DNA from: Bispira polyomma
Lineage: Eukaryota
Direction of reading: 5' to 3'
Length of the DNA stretch: 64,000 nt
Assembly (NCBI GenBank): GCA_965649765.1
Contig: OZ287749.1
Span: forward strand, 27,032,001 to 27,096,000
In this document: positions 40,561 to 54,195 of the stretch, one piece after another
Layout: each line of letters opens with the position of its first letter
Position numbering within the stretch: the stretch's first letter is position 1
The notes under the pieces: model-generated
What the model was told of the DNA's origin: nothing
The model's input: only the letters and a program-made list of their open reading frames with translations
Databases searched by the model: none
Program-made: the position numbers and the translations under genes

Positions 40561-41169
40561 CAAACACATAAGTTGGTGTCTTTGTCAGCTGACTTAAAAA
40601 GGCTGTTTAATGTATGTCTATTATACACCCATACTTTTGCTGGTCTATTCCGGTTCAGAGTGACCGTCCGGGCTAGTAACCATTTTATTTAGGTATTTGA
40701 CATACTTTCTGATTAGGTCAGGTATGACGCATTAACGGACACAAGAATCCGAGACGTAAAAAATTTTATTCTTTCATTTTTCTTCTTTAATAAACGTATA
40801 TCAATCTACCTATATATAAGAGAAATATATTAATATAAAACCAGATCTATTTTTATCAACATTATCAATAAATCTACACCTCATAAATGGTTCATCTTAG
40901 ACCCGTCATACAACATGGCAGCCCCCCAGCTTACAATCACGTTAGAAGGTCTTCGACCAAAAAAATAACTACCTCTGCCATATTTGGTAGTGCTTAACTC
41001 CAACCAATCAAACCAGTGAAGTTCGAAGGAGAAACGGCTAATGTGACCTTAGCCCTTTATAAATCTTGTCTGTCTACCAGCAGTTGACAGTGAAGTCTAT
41101 TCACCAGTGCCATGTCCGTCGACCAACAGTCGACAACCCCATAATATTGTTTTACTTTCCTTTAGTGCA

Positions 41170-41278
41170 GGGGCCGTATTCACAAAGGAACTTAGCCAGG
41201 TCTTAGACTTAACTCAGTATACATTTGTGCTAGATTTAAGCCTAAGACCTGGCTAAGTCCTTTCGTGAATACAGGCCC
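41170..41278. mobile_element. 109 bp hairpin MITE
   Basis: ggggccgtattcacaaagga.cttagccaggtcttag and its inverted copy; second family member at 61403-61511. Confidence 0.87.
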
Positions 41279-42704
41279 AGTACGATTGAAATGGCTTGGT
41301 ACATTGGAGTTAAATGAAATAACATATATGAGTGCATTATGAATCCTTAGGAATCTCCCGTAGTGAGTGATTAATGACCAGCTATTTGTAACCTGGGAAT
41401 TTCCTTTGGTATATGTGAATACTGATCCATTACTGGCGAAGGGGTTGAGAAAGCTAAAGTTAACCTTAAATTCACCTGAATTAATAATATATTTCCATAT
41501 CATCTGATTACTATTGAATCAATATTAATTTTTAGACCAGTACGATACAGGTTAGCCAGGTGCAAAGAAAGGTTCATGTACAGGCACATTACTTAGAAGC
41601 CACTTATAACATCTTATATGGGGGCATTATTGGTATATACAATTTGGGATTTACATAATTACAATTATTTGATCAAATGTACAATTTATATAGGAAACTT
41701 ATGTTGAGATCAAGGGTTTTTATACCCTGTATGGAAGGGTTACAGCAATACAAAATAGATCGTTAAAATATGTTGCCCATTTGACCTATATACCTGTCTA
41801 ACCAAAGCCTAGCTCGAAATAGTGGTAAGAGGTAACATACAGTTTTAGATTTAATGTGGTCTATCCTCAAATTTATATTAGTTTTTTTCAACACAAAGGT
41901 ATGATATTACTGTAATATGATGTACAAAACACCCCAGACAGGTCTGTCAAACCAGCTGTAAATAAACTTGAACAGTGAAAATCTCTGCCATTTAAACTAA
42001 CTGCCTATTTCTAAGTGTAAATTCTCCCCTAGATTATAACAACTCATTAAATATATGTGTGTCAGTATATCTTTATTTGTAGAAGATAATTCATAGTTCT
42101 GTATATGGTGTACAAACCAGTCTGACCACGTTGCATATGAGGAAAGTGACCTTGAGCATAATAAGGGTAGAAATAAAGTAAATGAAGTGAAGTGAATGAC
42201 AATGCAGCAAATAGGTTTGGGCATTTTTATTCTATCACTTGACATATGTTATGACATTACTACATATATATTCAAATCATGACAAATGTTGTACAAACAA
42301 CTGCATATGTACAACAGTCTGTGTTTGCAAATTAACTATTATAATCCAAATAAACAGAAGGACTTGGCGGAGGTATGCACCAGGCTATATATTGAATGAT
42401 CTCTTCATTGATCCATTCCCTAGTCTTCCACAAAGTTTGGTCAAAATCAGTTCAGTAGTTTTATGTCAACATGCTAACATGCCAACCAACCCCCCCCCCC
42501 CCCCCAAAAAAAAAAAAAAAAAAAAAAAAAAATAAACAAAACACATCAACAGCCACATGTACCCGGATCTACTAAAAATGAAGTAGAGCCTTCCTTGACC
42601 TATGACTCGTATCTCTTCACCAAATTACATGTAAATCTGTCCAGTAGTTTTTGTATTATGCTGGTGACCAACAAAAAGTAACCCCGAATAACAAACAAAA
42701 ACTT

Positions 42705-43900
42705 ATGACCTATGGCCTTTCGTGTACCATGACCTTTAACTTATACCTTAAACTTAGACCTTCAACTGACAGGGCTAAACAAAAACCTATACTCTAATGA
42801 CCTATGACCTTTCGTGTACAATGACCTTTAACTTATACCTTTAACTTATACCTTCAACTTATACCTTAAACTTATACCTTAAGCTTATACCTTAAACTTA
42901 TACCTTAAACTTATACCTTTAACTTATGCCTTCAACTGACAGGGACAAACATAAAGCTACCCTCTTATGACCTTTGGTCTTTCACTTACAGTGACCTTTA
43001 ACTGACACATTTAACTTGTACCTTTAACTGAAAGGGAAACCCTATCCTGTAATGACCTGAGACTATTCACTTATAGAGACCTTTAACTGACACATTTAAC
43101 TTGTACCTTTAACTGAAAGATAAAAACCTACCCTCTAATGACCTGTGGCTATTCACTTATAGTGACCTTTAACTGACACATTTACTTACACCTTTAACTG
43201 AAAGGGAAACCCTATCCTGTAATGACCTGAGGCTATTCACTTATAGTGACCTTTAACTGACACATTTAACTTCTACTTTTAACTGAAAGATAAAAACCTA
43301 TCCTCTAATGACCTGTGGCCTTTTACTTTGCCTACACTTCCTTTCAGAACATTCCAATGTCGGCCGATTTATGTGTGTCCGATCCTCCGCCGATGTAATG
43401 CTTCCTTTCATCAGATATTTAGTAAATATTTTAATGTAAAATATTGTTATTGTTTTTTTCTTCTTAATTTTTGTTTCAAAATTGGCCAGTCCTCCCAATT
43501 TTTCCCCTCCCTGACAGATAAAATATGTTGGCCCAACAGACGTCGGCTGACGTCTGATCTGATCTGCTGCAAATATGATGAAAGGAAGCACTTGGTTATA
43601 TTTTGTAATGAGCGAAGAAAAAAAACGGCCGATGTCGGCCGACAAATACATGCTGAAAAAAAGAGTAGGTTTACAGTGACCTATAACTTGTTCCTTTAAC
43701 TTTTACTTCCTTTAATTATAACTTTTACTAAAAGGGAGAAGCAAAACATGTCCTCTAATGACCTGTGGCCTTTCACTTACAGTGACCTGTCACTTACAGT
43801 GACCGTTAACCTATGCCTTTAATTTATACCTCTAACTTAGTTCTTAACTTATACCTTTAACTTGCACCTTTAATTTATACCTTTAACTGAAAGGGATAAA
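42705..43900 (+). repeat. Complex tandem repeat (14 bp aacttataccttaa and about 60/119 bp tgacct/ttaactga units) interrupted by an insertion at about 43331-43669
   Basis: Visible periodicity; the insert has imperfect TIRs cctac.ctt..ttcag / ctgaaaaaaagagtagg. Confidence 0.75.
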
Positions 43901-44492
43901 CAAAAACCCTTCCTTCTTAGTGTAGGTTATAAACAAATTCATAGCAAAGGAATAAATCCAAATAAAGAAATCCTTTAGGAGCCTATGTCTTCTGGTTTTC
44001 TAGTCTTATTTACATTTAGATCATGGCCAATAACACACACAAGTAGTATATACTCCTGGTTGAACTTTTGTATTCTATAAATACTCCACTATCTTTCGGT
44101 TATGTTTGATGTTAGCATAAATGGTACACAAGCCTATTATTTTAGAGTAGCTGTATATATCCACCCCGTATGAATCCTCCCAAACCACAAATAACCACAT
44201 TATTAACGTGATGCTAATAAAATAACCAAACTTCCACCAAAAAATGAACAAAATAAATAAAATAATACTATTTATTATTGCCGAAATATTATAAGAAAAC
44301 TTTTAGTTCTACACACAAAGAGACTTCAATCCAGATATGCTAGTATGTTTGTGTATTGTGAGTATTGAACACATTTTACTGGCAGGCCAATTCCTGGCTC
44401 ACTTCACTTACAATCAATACAGAATTGATTTTGTTTTGAGCTACCTACTTTGTGCAATAGAAGTAGTAAGTGTAAACCTAGGTTGATCAGTT

Positions 44493-44564
44493 GGGGGTAT
44501 AGCTCAGTGGCAGAGCATTCGACTGCAGATCGAGAGGTCACCAGTTCAACTCTGGTTGCCCCCT
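44493..44564 (+). tRNA. tRNA-Cys (GCA)
   Basis: 72 nt cloverleaf: GGGGGTA/TGCCCCC acceptor stem, TTCGA-CTGCAGA-TCGAG anticodon arm, ACCAG-TTCAACT-CTGGT T arm; oligo-T terminator. Confidence 0.95.
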
Positions 44565-44649
44565 TTTTTTAAAAAATTTTTCTTTTGAAATCATGGCCTA
44601 CCTACTTTGTCCAATAGAAGTAGTAAGTGTAAGCCTACATTGATCAGCT

Positions 44650-44721
44650 GGGGGTATAGCTCAGTGGCAGAGCATTCGACTGCAGATCGAGAGGCCACCA
44701 GTTCAACTCTGGTTGCCCCCT
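44650..44721 (+). tRNA. tRNA-Cys (GCA)
   Basis: Same cloverleaf with a T>C change in the variable loop; TTTT downstream. Confidence 0.93.
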
Positions 44722-44837
44722 CTTTTATTTTTCTTTCTGGTTGCCCCCTTTTTTTTTTAAAAAATTTTTCTTTTGAAATCATGGCCTACCTACTTTGTCC
44801 AATAGAAGTAGTAAGTGTAAGCCTACATTGATCAGCT

Positions 44838-44909
44838 GGGGGTATAGCTCAGTGGCAGAGCATTCGACTGCAGATCGAGAGGCCACCAGTTCAACTCTGG
44901 TTGCCCCCT
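44838..44909 (+). tRNA. tRNA-Cys (GCA)
   Basis: Identical to copy 2. Confidence 0.93.
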
Positions 44910-44931
44910 CTTTTATTTTTCTTTTGAAATC

Positions 44932-45138
44932 TAATCTAGTCGTACTTTTATAGCGCTTAATCTTTGTACAACAAATTCTAAGGCGCAACAAACCCAAAAC
45001 GTTAATTGCAAATCAAAAATAGTGGGCGGATGGAAGTCGTAACCAGGGAGACTACCGTAGATGGTTGCGACGGCTAAGGTGGAAAAGCTTGTTCAAAAAG
45101 ATAGGCCTTCAGCTTACTCCTGAAAGAGGAGAGTTTGA
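44932..45138 (-). mobile_element. 5'-truncated CR1/L2 LINE inserted in the tRNA array
   Basis: - strand reads LSSFRSKLKAYLFEQAFPP-stop, then 3' UTR and TTAGA tail; gaaatc on both sides (44926-44931, 45139-45144). Confidence 0.85.
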
Positions 45139-45201
45139 GAAATCATGGCCTACCTACTTTGCCCAATAGAAGTAGTAAGTGTAAGCCTACATTGATCAGT
45201 G

Positions 45202-45273
45202 GGGGGTATAGCTCAGTGGCAGAGCATTCGACTGCAGATCGAGAGGTCACCAGTTCAACTCTGGTTGCCCCCT
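45202..45273 (+). tRNA. tRNA-Cys (GCA)
   Basis: Identical to copy 1; long oligo-T terminator. Confidence 0.95.
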
Positions 45274-48200
45274 TTTTTTTTTTTTTTCCTATTTTCTTTT
45301 AAAATCAGACATGCTATTTATAGTAAACAGTGATTTGATTTGGTAACGGGAAAACTGATAGCAATATAAATACATGTATATCGTAACTACATGGGCTGTT
45401 GAAAAATCTAACCAACCGTCATGTTTCTACAATGTTTATATATTGGTGTAAGCACTACGACACTTTAATTCAGCAGATAAACTGGATCACTCACTGGTGA
45501 AATAAAAAGACAAAACAATACAAAAACAAAACATTTTTATTGTCAGTTGATAGTGAGTGTTGTTCTAGTGCTTTGATATGTGTTAAATGTCATGTGCGTA
45601 TGACGCAATACTACGTTTGGCAAGTACATTGATTTACCCTGTTTTAACATTTCAGTTTTATGTATAGAATTGTAGAGAAACTAATAAAATATTAAATGGC
45701 ATTCACTATCTTATCTCTGACTTTCGGGGGAGGGGATCAGAGTTTGTGTGTACAGTAGAGCACTGCAAAATTGGTATTGTTTTTTTTTTTGTAATCAGGG
45801 ACAGTAAATATAAGACGTTTTCTTTAGACTTAATTAATTTTCTTTCCAATATACATGGTCAATCTTCACTTAAATGAATAGCACGGAAACTGAAAAAAAT
45901 ATATATTGTTAACCTAATTGTTTTTAGCTTCCATACAATATATATTCAACTTTCCTGTACATGCTTCAAGTATTTATCCAGTAAACCTATGTATGAGCAC
46001 ATAATGGGAGGGATATTTTTTGTACTGACATGTATGATTCTCCAGCAAAGCAAGATAAATCACAATGTGTGTTTATTAAAATCAAAGACTTGTGCTAATT
46101 GTATAAACTTCATCAGATGCCAGTTTGTTTTACTATTTTTCAATGAACATGTGACTATACTTGGCTGATAATATCGTCGCTATACTGACGGCTTTAATCC
46201 GATTGGGTGTAGTCTTGATCAAGTAAACTCTTATTAGTAAATAGAATTCAAATTTCTACATATTCCATCATGTACCCATGTATATATACCTTGCCAGAAT
46301 TTTTTAAGGGCAGACACAATATTTATAGGAGGCCATTACGTTATTCAGGGGCCTTATTCACACACATCTCTGAGTCTCAGCCAATTTGATTTTTTGAAAC
46401 AATATTTTCAGGCAAATCAAATTGATTGAGACACAAATTTAACAATAAGATTTTTTTTAAATACCAGCCCTGATGTGCTTTCAGATGACTAGAATTCTTA
46501 AGACTTAAACAAGTCTTGTTTGGGCTAAAATTCTTGAAGAGAAAGTACACTTGTGATGTCCAGCTTTTGTATGAATTATTTTTTAGGTAATGCATACATT
46601 TGACAAGGTAAAATGTACTATTTTCTGAAGTGATAAAGATCAGTAAGGAAATGTATTTATTTCTTTACAAATATCCGGAAATATTGAAAGAATTGGATCA
46701 CCATGATCGTCAGTAAGAAGCACACTAAATAAATATTCTTTTTAAGTTTTTTTAAAGTATTTAAATGTGTGTCTCGCTGGTAAACAAGAGGGTCTTGTAA
46801 AGTATGGCTTATTTCCAAGTGAGGCATACTTTTCTGATTTTACCTATAGCATAGCAACTCTATGTCTGAGACGTTCTACAATCAAGTTCAGAGATCTGTG
46901 GTGGCCAAGTGGCTAGAAGTACCTGCTTCACAATCACTGTCCTTCCACCAATGTGGATTGGAATCCTGTTTGTTCCTTCATGTGGGAACGTTTGTTAGGT
47001 ACTTGCCATAGGTTGGTGGTTTACATAGTGCTTCAGCACTTTTTTTATAGCATTAAATCAGGCCCTTGTGATATGACCTAAGCTGTTGAAAGTATCCTTC
47101 AATTCAAAATTCAAATATATCAAGTTCAACTTTTGCTGTTTGGTATTTACATTCCATTGGAATTGCACTTTTGAATGTGTCGTCTCAACAGATTTGTGGA
47201 AGAGAAAATGTTATAAATAGTGACATATTTACCTAAATCATTGTCTTGCTGAGGTGATAAATTATGTAAATACCCAGGTCACACCTACACATGTGATTGT
47301 AGCCATCCATTTCCCACGGTTGAACATGGCATTTTAAATAGTTCTCAAAATATTTTTGGGTTGCAATGTCAGAACTAATGTCATGTTCCACTAAGGCAAG
47401 TTGGGGAACATATTTGACGAATGAAGTCCCAAAGATGGACAAACACTCTTGTATGCAATCGTTTTAAGGTCAGTCAGGATAGACACCTTCATGGCTCTAA
47501 CAGACACTTTGGCTATAAGGAAAATAAACAGACCAAAACAGGTGGCAGCATCATCATAAGCGGCTCCATAATTCATAAATGTTGCATTTTAAGAGAAAAC
47601 TTGGCACTTGCTGCTTTTTGCCGCAGAAGCTTTAACAATTTATTGCACCTGTAGAAAGGTTGAACCACATGCTCACAAGTTAAGTCGTACATGGAAGGAA
47701 CTCTGTTTGAAACGACACGTAAACATAGCATCAAACCGGAAGGGAATATTCTAAGCATTAGGAGTAAATAGTTGACTGTCACATTATATACAGCCATATC
47801 TAGCCATATGCTAATTGTTTGTATCATACAACAACACTAAACCTGGTTATTTTTCGTCATGCATAAAATTAAAATATATATAAGTATAATGTTTTTAAAA
47901 AAAATATTTGAGTCGTAAACATCTGCCTGTGATCAACAATTAATGCCCATGCATATGTATCCAGTCATGTGATAATTAAATTTGAACTAAAAGCTCTACA
48001 ATTACCCCCACTGTTTTTTATGACAATCAACTGTGCAGTAAGTAATTTTTGCTGCTTCGCAGTTTGTTTTCCCTCAAGTTGTTTAATTCCAAATTTAAAA
48101 CAATTCAACCAACTACAGGATTGCAGCTATATTCAGAATTTGGGAATTATTTTAAAGCATAAAAACCTATTTGTTTGCACACGAACTGCTTCCTTGTAAT

Positions 48201-50389
48201 CTAGGGGAAACCATGTATCTTGCCACTATGGCCTAGTGGGTGAGACACTCACTTAGGAATGCAGATGATCTGGGTTCGATCTTAGCCAGGGACGATCAGG
48301 TGCAGGCAGGTACATAGTGGCACGAATGATCCCTTGAAATGGAGAGATAGGACACAATGGCAGGCTAAAGAACCTTGATAAACATTCACCCTCAAGCCTC
48401 TATCTTCATTTAGTGACTCATAGGTAGAATAACTGTAACTGGTGCTGTGTTTACTGTTTTTAAGCACAACCACGGAAACGTTAAGTAGCACTTTAAATAT
48501 CAGACAAACGTTGATACATATATTGAGCATGAGCACGGATACTCGTTTGACAAGGCTTTCTCTCCCTAGTTACACATTCATTCCGGCATCTCCTGGGATA
48601 TAACCACCTTCCTAAAAAGGACATTACGAGACTTGAATATCACCATGATACAAAAGTTTGATTAGATTAGTACAAGGTACCTATGGTGGACAAGCCTTGT
48701 TGGGCAAGTAGTGCTGGAGTTTTAGCCTAAAAGAACAAAGTGAATGGGCAGAGAGCATATATCCTGTGGTAAATTATTGCATACTTGGTGGTATATTGTA
48801 AGAAACTCTTATTGAATCCTTATTCTATTCTACTTTGTGTTCCCTAGTGCTCATTATGTGTGACTCAAAGCGCCTTTAATCATTTCTGTGATTCAAAATC
48901 ATAGTCCTGGGTCAAAAGCCAAAATCTTATAAATATTATCATACAGATACTTTATACGTTCACAGGTTCTGTGCTACCTCTCCAACTGAAAAAAAGATAT
49001 AAATAATTCCAAGTTGGAGGATATAATGCTCATGGCTATTTATATTGGAGCTTAAGGCTCAATCTCAAAGGCTATTGAACAAAAGACATTTCAATTGCAA
49101 ACTGTAAACATGACTAGAAGTAAGTGGCCTAAGGATACAGACTAGGTTAATATTGAAGACTACAGGTAGACTTAATACAGACTATACAATCACTCAATGA
49201 AGATAAGACAATTTTTGTCAAACCATTTGAAAACTAAGCAAAATGTACGATTTTATGCTCTTTGCCTTACTCATGCAGTATGATACAGATCTGTTTGGAA
49301 TTTCTCACAGTGATAGAGCTAAATTTGAAATGTATTTTCGACTTGTGGATAGAGGATACAAAGGAATAGTGTCTAAGAAGACTTTGTAAGGTCTAGAACA
49401 CCTTATGTTGATTTAGCAAGAACAAGATTTTGTATATGCTAAAACAAGAAATTATATGTATATGCAGACTTAATATATGTTTACATTACAAACATTTTCT
49501 TAATATTGGAAAATATTAGGTTTTATGGTGTAATTTGTTTACTGATACATTTTCAAACCCCATCCATAAACATATTTTTATAAATAACTAGAAATGCATA
49601 CCTATCAGAGTATATCTTTAGTCCATCAGCAGGAAGCCAGGATAAAGCCACCCGCCAGTAAAAGTGGGAGTTTGGAAGTGAGTCTTAATGGACTTCCCTT
49701 CAGATTAGGCCTGTCAGCAATGGAGATGGATTTTTATGATGTCAATGGGTGCCAATGGGTGTATTTAAGCTCAACTTAGACTTAGGCATAACTCTAAGCT
49801 TTCCATATCTCTGAATAGAGTAAAATAATGTCAGATTTGAATTCACTTTTTAAATTTAGTGCTAAAATCTCTGTTAAAAGGAATGGTCAAAAGTATAGGT
49901 TATTTCCCTGTAAAGGGACTTCCACATAGCCTTCATCTGAGTTGACTCTGAGTTAGATAATTTGTTTGGGGGAGAGTCCAGAGACTGGGGCTCTGTAAGT
50001 CACTGACTTCCTGTATTAGCAGCAGTACATTTGACTAGTGTCAACACACTAGATGATATGCATTTTGTTTTTTGAGTTTAATGTCATCTTTGTATTGGTT
50101 ACGTTCCTTGGCATAATTGGCATGTTAAATCTATCTTAACAAACATGATAGTTTAAGCGGGGTTTTTGCTTATGTACTCTGAGGGAAGAGGAGATTCCAA
50201 ATTTTACTATAAATCAACACGTTTGACGTATGAATAATGCATCATATGCTTATCTTCATGACTGTTATTCCAGTAAAAAAACTTTAAATTTCTAAAGTAC
50301 ATTTAAGTTTCCACTTTAAAACAGCAGAAAATCGATTTCCAAAATAAAACTAAATACACCTATACCAATTCTGTGTAAAACGGCTGCTC

Positions 50390-50912
50390 CACAGTCAAGG
50401 ATGATCTGGAGCAGCCCCGATTTTAATGATCTTGGTGGCACCCTGCTGAATCCTCTGGACCACCTGCCGTGAAATACCTTGAATTTTTAAAAATGCTCGA
50501 AATAATCCTGGGGTTCCCCAGGGTGATCTTAAAGGACCCAACAATTCAACTGCAACAAGCCACCCAGGTTGATCCTAACAATAAGGAAAGTCAGCCAGGT
50601 TGATCCTAACAATTGGGAAAGTCACCCAGGTTGATCCTAACAATCGGGAAGGTCACCCAGGTTGATCCTAATAATCGGGAAGGTCACCCAGGTTGATCTT
50701 TACAACAATGAGAATTCCATTTTGTTGTTTTAGGGGGATGGAGGGGGAAATACACCCAGATCAACCTGGGTGGCATTAGGGTTACTCGAGGGTACTTCCG
50801 ATTATCCTAGCCTAAAGGGGGGTAAAATTTCATTAACGATCCTGACTGCCCAGATGAATCCTGGAGCTCCAGGTGTCAAAAATCGGGGCTGCTCCAGATC
50901 ATCCTTGACAGA
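50390..50912. mobile_element. MITE-like foldback with internal 32 bp tandem repeats
   Basis: gtcaaggatgatctggagcagccccgattt and its reverse complement at about 50880-50909; cacccaggttgatcctaacaat x5 at 50560-50700. Confidence 0.8.
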
Positions 50913-53900
50913 GTAACAGGGGTATATATAGGGACATATAAATGTTGAAATACATGTACAAGATAACACATAATAAACTTTAAGTATTACAAATGACAGT
51001 ATTACAATAAATGTACATTGTATATACAAGATGATAAACCTTAAGTATTACAAATAACAATATTATATAATAATTTAATGTATATAAATACAAGTTAATA
51101 AGTCTTACAAATAACAGTATTATATAATTTTATATTTTAAAATGACACGGCAGTGTCGGCAATTCTGATTGGTTCCCCAGAATTTGTTATATACACATAA
51201 CAAGGTAGGTGATTACATCTCTTAAACATTGCATAATAATCTACGGAATCCGCCGAAGAGTTAATAAAAACTTAAAAATATTAAATTAAAATATTTCGAC
51301 ACCCAACCCCACTGCTTACTTGGCGGGGCGTTTTGACAGCCAAAGAACAAATGTTTAAGACTTATTGAAAAAAATGACATGTCATTACTCTGTAACACCA
51401 TCTACAAACAGTTGATGGAAGAGCTATATTTCCCCCCCCGCTAAATATTGTCGCAAAAAAGAGCCATTTCACAGCAGGTAAGACTTACTTTTGCAAAATA
51501 CGGAATTGCTCCTGTTAGAATAGAAATAACGCACTCCAATCCTGGTGTTCTTGTGCTGCATTTTACAAGAGAAGTACATCAGAAGCACTCAGGCTTCACC
51601 TTCATGCTCTTAATATCGCTACTCTTTGTAAAATACAGCACAACACCACGATTGGAGTACGTTATTTCTACAATCCCTGTACAATACATATACTAGTTGA
51701 TAAGCCTAAGTATTACAAATAACAGTATTATCATGCATGTACAATACATATACAATACAGCTCATGATAAACCTCAAGTATTACAAATGACAATACAGCG
51801 CACAAATACAGCGCGTTAAAAATCCAAAATCTAGATACAATATGCAAGACAAATCATGATAAGCCTCAAGTATTACAAGTCGTGATAAACTTACAGTATT
51901 CAAGTAACAGTATTACAATAAATGTACAATACATATACAACTTATGATAAACCTTAAGAGGTTATAAGTGATTTGAGAATTCCAAATAAAGGTAAATAGT
52001 CCATATTCTGGTGGCTGTGATAACTCTGTAACCGCAATCAACCTTATATATCTATCTGTGAATAAAACTGTACAACAAAACTTTACAGTTGTTCCAGGAA
52101 AGTCATTCAGAACTGTATCAAGTACCCCATACACTGGTTATTAAAGCAGACAGTTCTTACAGTATAAAAGCTTAGAATTAGGTGTTAAAAGATTTGATTT
52201 GAGAATGGGGTTATGTAAATGACTGTGTTCTCTGTTAATTATATGGTTGATGCCATAACGAGTGTCAAAGGTCATGTGACAAATAGACTTTGTCTTAGTA
52301 TTTCTCTGTAATAATTAGTTTAATAGGACCTTGATCGAGTGAGTCATAATTTAATAGGTCATTCTGTAGATATCATGTAATTATGTTAAAAGGACAATTG
52401 TATTGCTTCAATTTCAACTATGCTTTAATAGTACTCGAGCAGTATTTTTATCAACGAAAATATTCTTAAGAAGCTATTTTTATATATCCCATTAATAATC
52501 AAAATACTTAAGACTTCTTTCACATGTAAAGAAAACATCTTAATGGGCCATAGTTATATTATCACTGGAGACATTAATTTCATTATCAGTAAAAACACTC
52601 CAGTATTTTTTAAATAAACCCAGTGGGGGATGGTGAGTATGATGACAAAAGACATAAAAGACAAAGTCAAATCAAAGGCTCACTACTGATTCAACCAATT
52701 AGCATTAAATTGTACTTCATTTTGTGGTGCTTATTGCCTCTAATCTCATTTAAAAAGATAAATTAACCTTTATTAAACCAATATGTATTAATATATCAGG
52801 TATTATAAACCACCGAATATTGAAATATGAAAGCATTGTAAGTAAGCCAAAATGGTAACAATTTTGAAAATGTCCTAAACTTTCAGAAAGGATAAAAGTG
52901 GATAGATATTTTTTAAGTTCAAAAAACTTTCACACGGGACATGCAAAGGGATGAACCTTTGATAAGATAAAGAGGACAGATAAGTCCATTTTGATGGAAA
53001 TACCCTGGGGGAGAAACGTCCTAAAATAGACAGTCATCTAAAACAGAAAGCATCGGACCTTTAGGGAAATGGTAGATTTTCTGCTAAAAGTTCCAACAAG
53101 AGTTGTCTTTTAATTAAATAAGAATCAGGCCCACAGTGTGAAATATACGAACGGTGATATGGCCACTATATACTCAGGTAAATCTAACACCCCTCAGTTT
53201 GGATGGGTTGATTGCTTCCAACCAATCCATGAAGGCCTTACATATTATTTCTAAGATGGCGTTGCCACTTTTAATGTCGGTGCTCTATTATAAAAGAAAA
53301 CCATATCAGGCTAAACCTGATAAAACATCCAATTGATTCTACGCGTCCCTCTCTGAAGGTGTTCTGTCGAATGAAGGTTTTAAATGGACCTGCCTCAAAT
53401 ACTGGAAATGTACACTTGATTTGTACCAGGCAGAACTATTATTTTAAAGGATCTCTACTCCCTGTTTTCTATTTGCAATCTTATTAGGTGGACTGCATCA
53501 TATTATAGCTACCACAGTACACTGCAGTCTTTTATAAATAATCTAGCTAAAAACCTTGTCTTTTTATGAAGACGCCTTTTCTCCATATGCATAGTTTGGT
53601 TGTTGTTCTTTGGTCTGGGTTGCCTTGCTAATGTTGATCTCCTTTTAGCATTGGCTGATGAATTTTTGCTTGTGATATAATATGTTTGATTAGAGGTTTT
53701 CACCTTTGTTTAAGTGCATGCAACACTCAAGCACAATAGACAACCCTGTGGTGCCTAATGAAAGTCTGAAGTAATTATAAAAAATAAGGTACGTTGCTAT
53801 GATATTTAAGTAGGATAGATTACATACTAACTCTCATATATATCATACGGTGGTTACAAAAATGGAGGATAAATCTAGCACTGTTGTCTAGAAAAGTTAG

Positions 53901-54195
53901 CATTCCTCCAAAATTGCCTAAATAGGTGGCAATAGTGTTCCATTTACACACGAAGAAATAGTTAACTGTAATTATAATAACTGCGTAATAGTCTCCTTGT
54001 TGAGCTTAGACCACTTGAAACACTTTCTGGTTTTAGGGAAAAGCTTAAAACCCATCTTTTTAAACTCGCCTCCACCCCCTTAGTTCTCTTGTTGTACACC
54101 CCTACATCCTTGCTTCCGACCGTGGCTATGTTTTTGGACTTCTCTATTAGATAAGGGATTCTGTTGTTGTACTTCGCATCAATAAGGCATGTTAA

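Noticed and set aside
44493-45273. Functional link between the tRNA-Cys cluster and the neighbouring Cys-rich gene
   Set aside because: tRNAs act in trans in eukaryotes, and nothing in the sequence supports more than coincidence. The ORFs overlapping the tRNAs are spurious.
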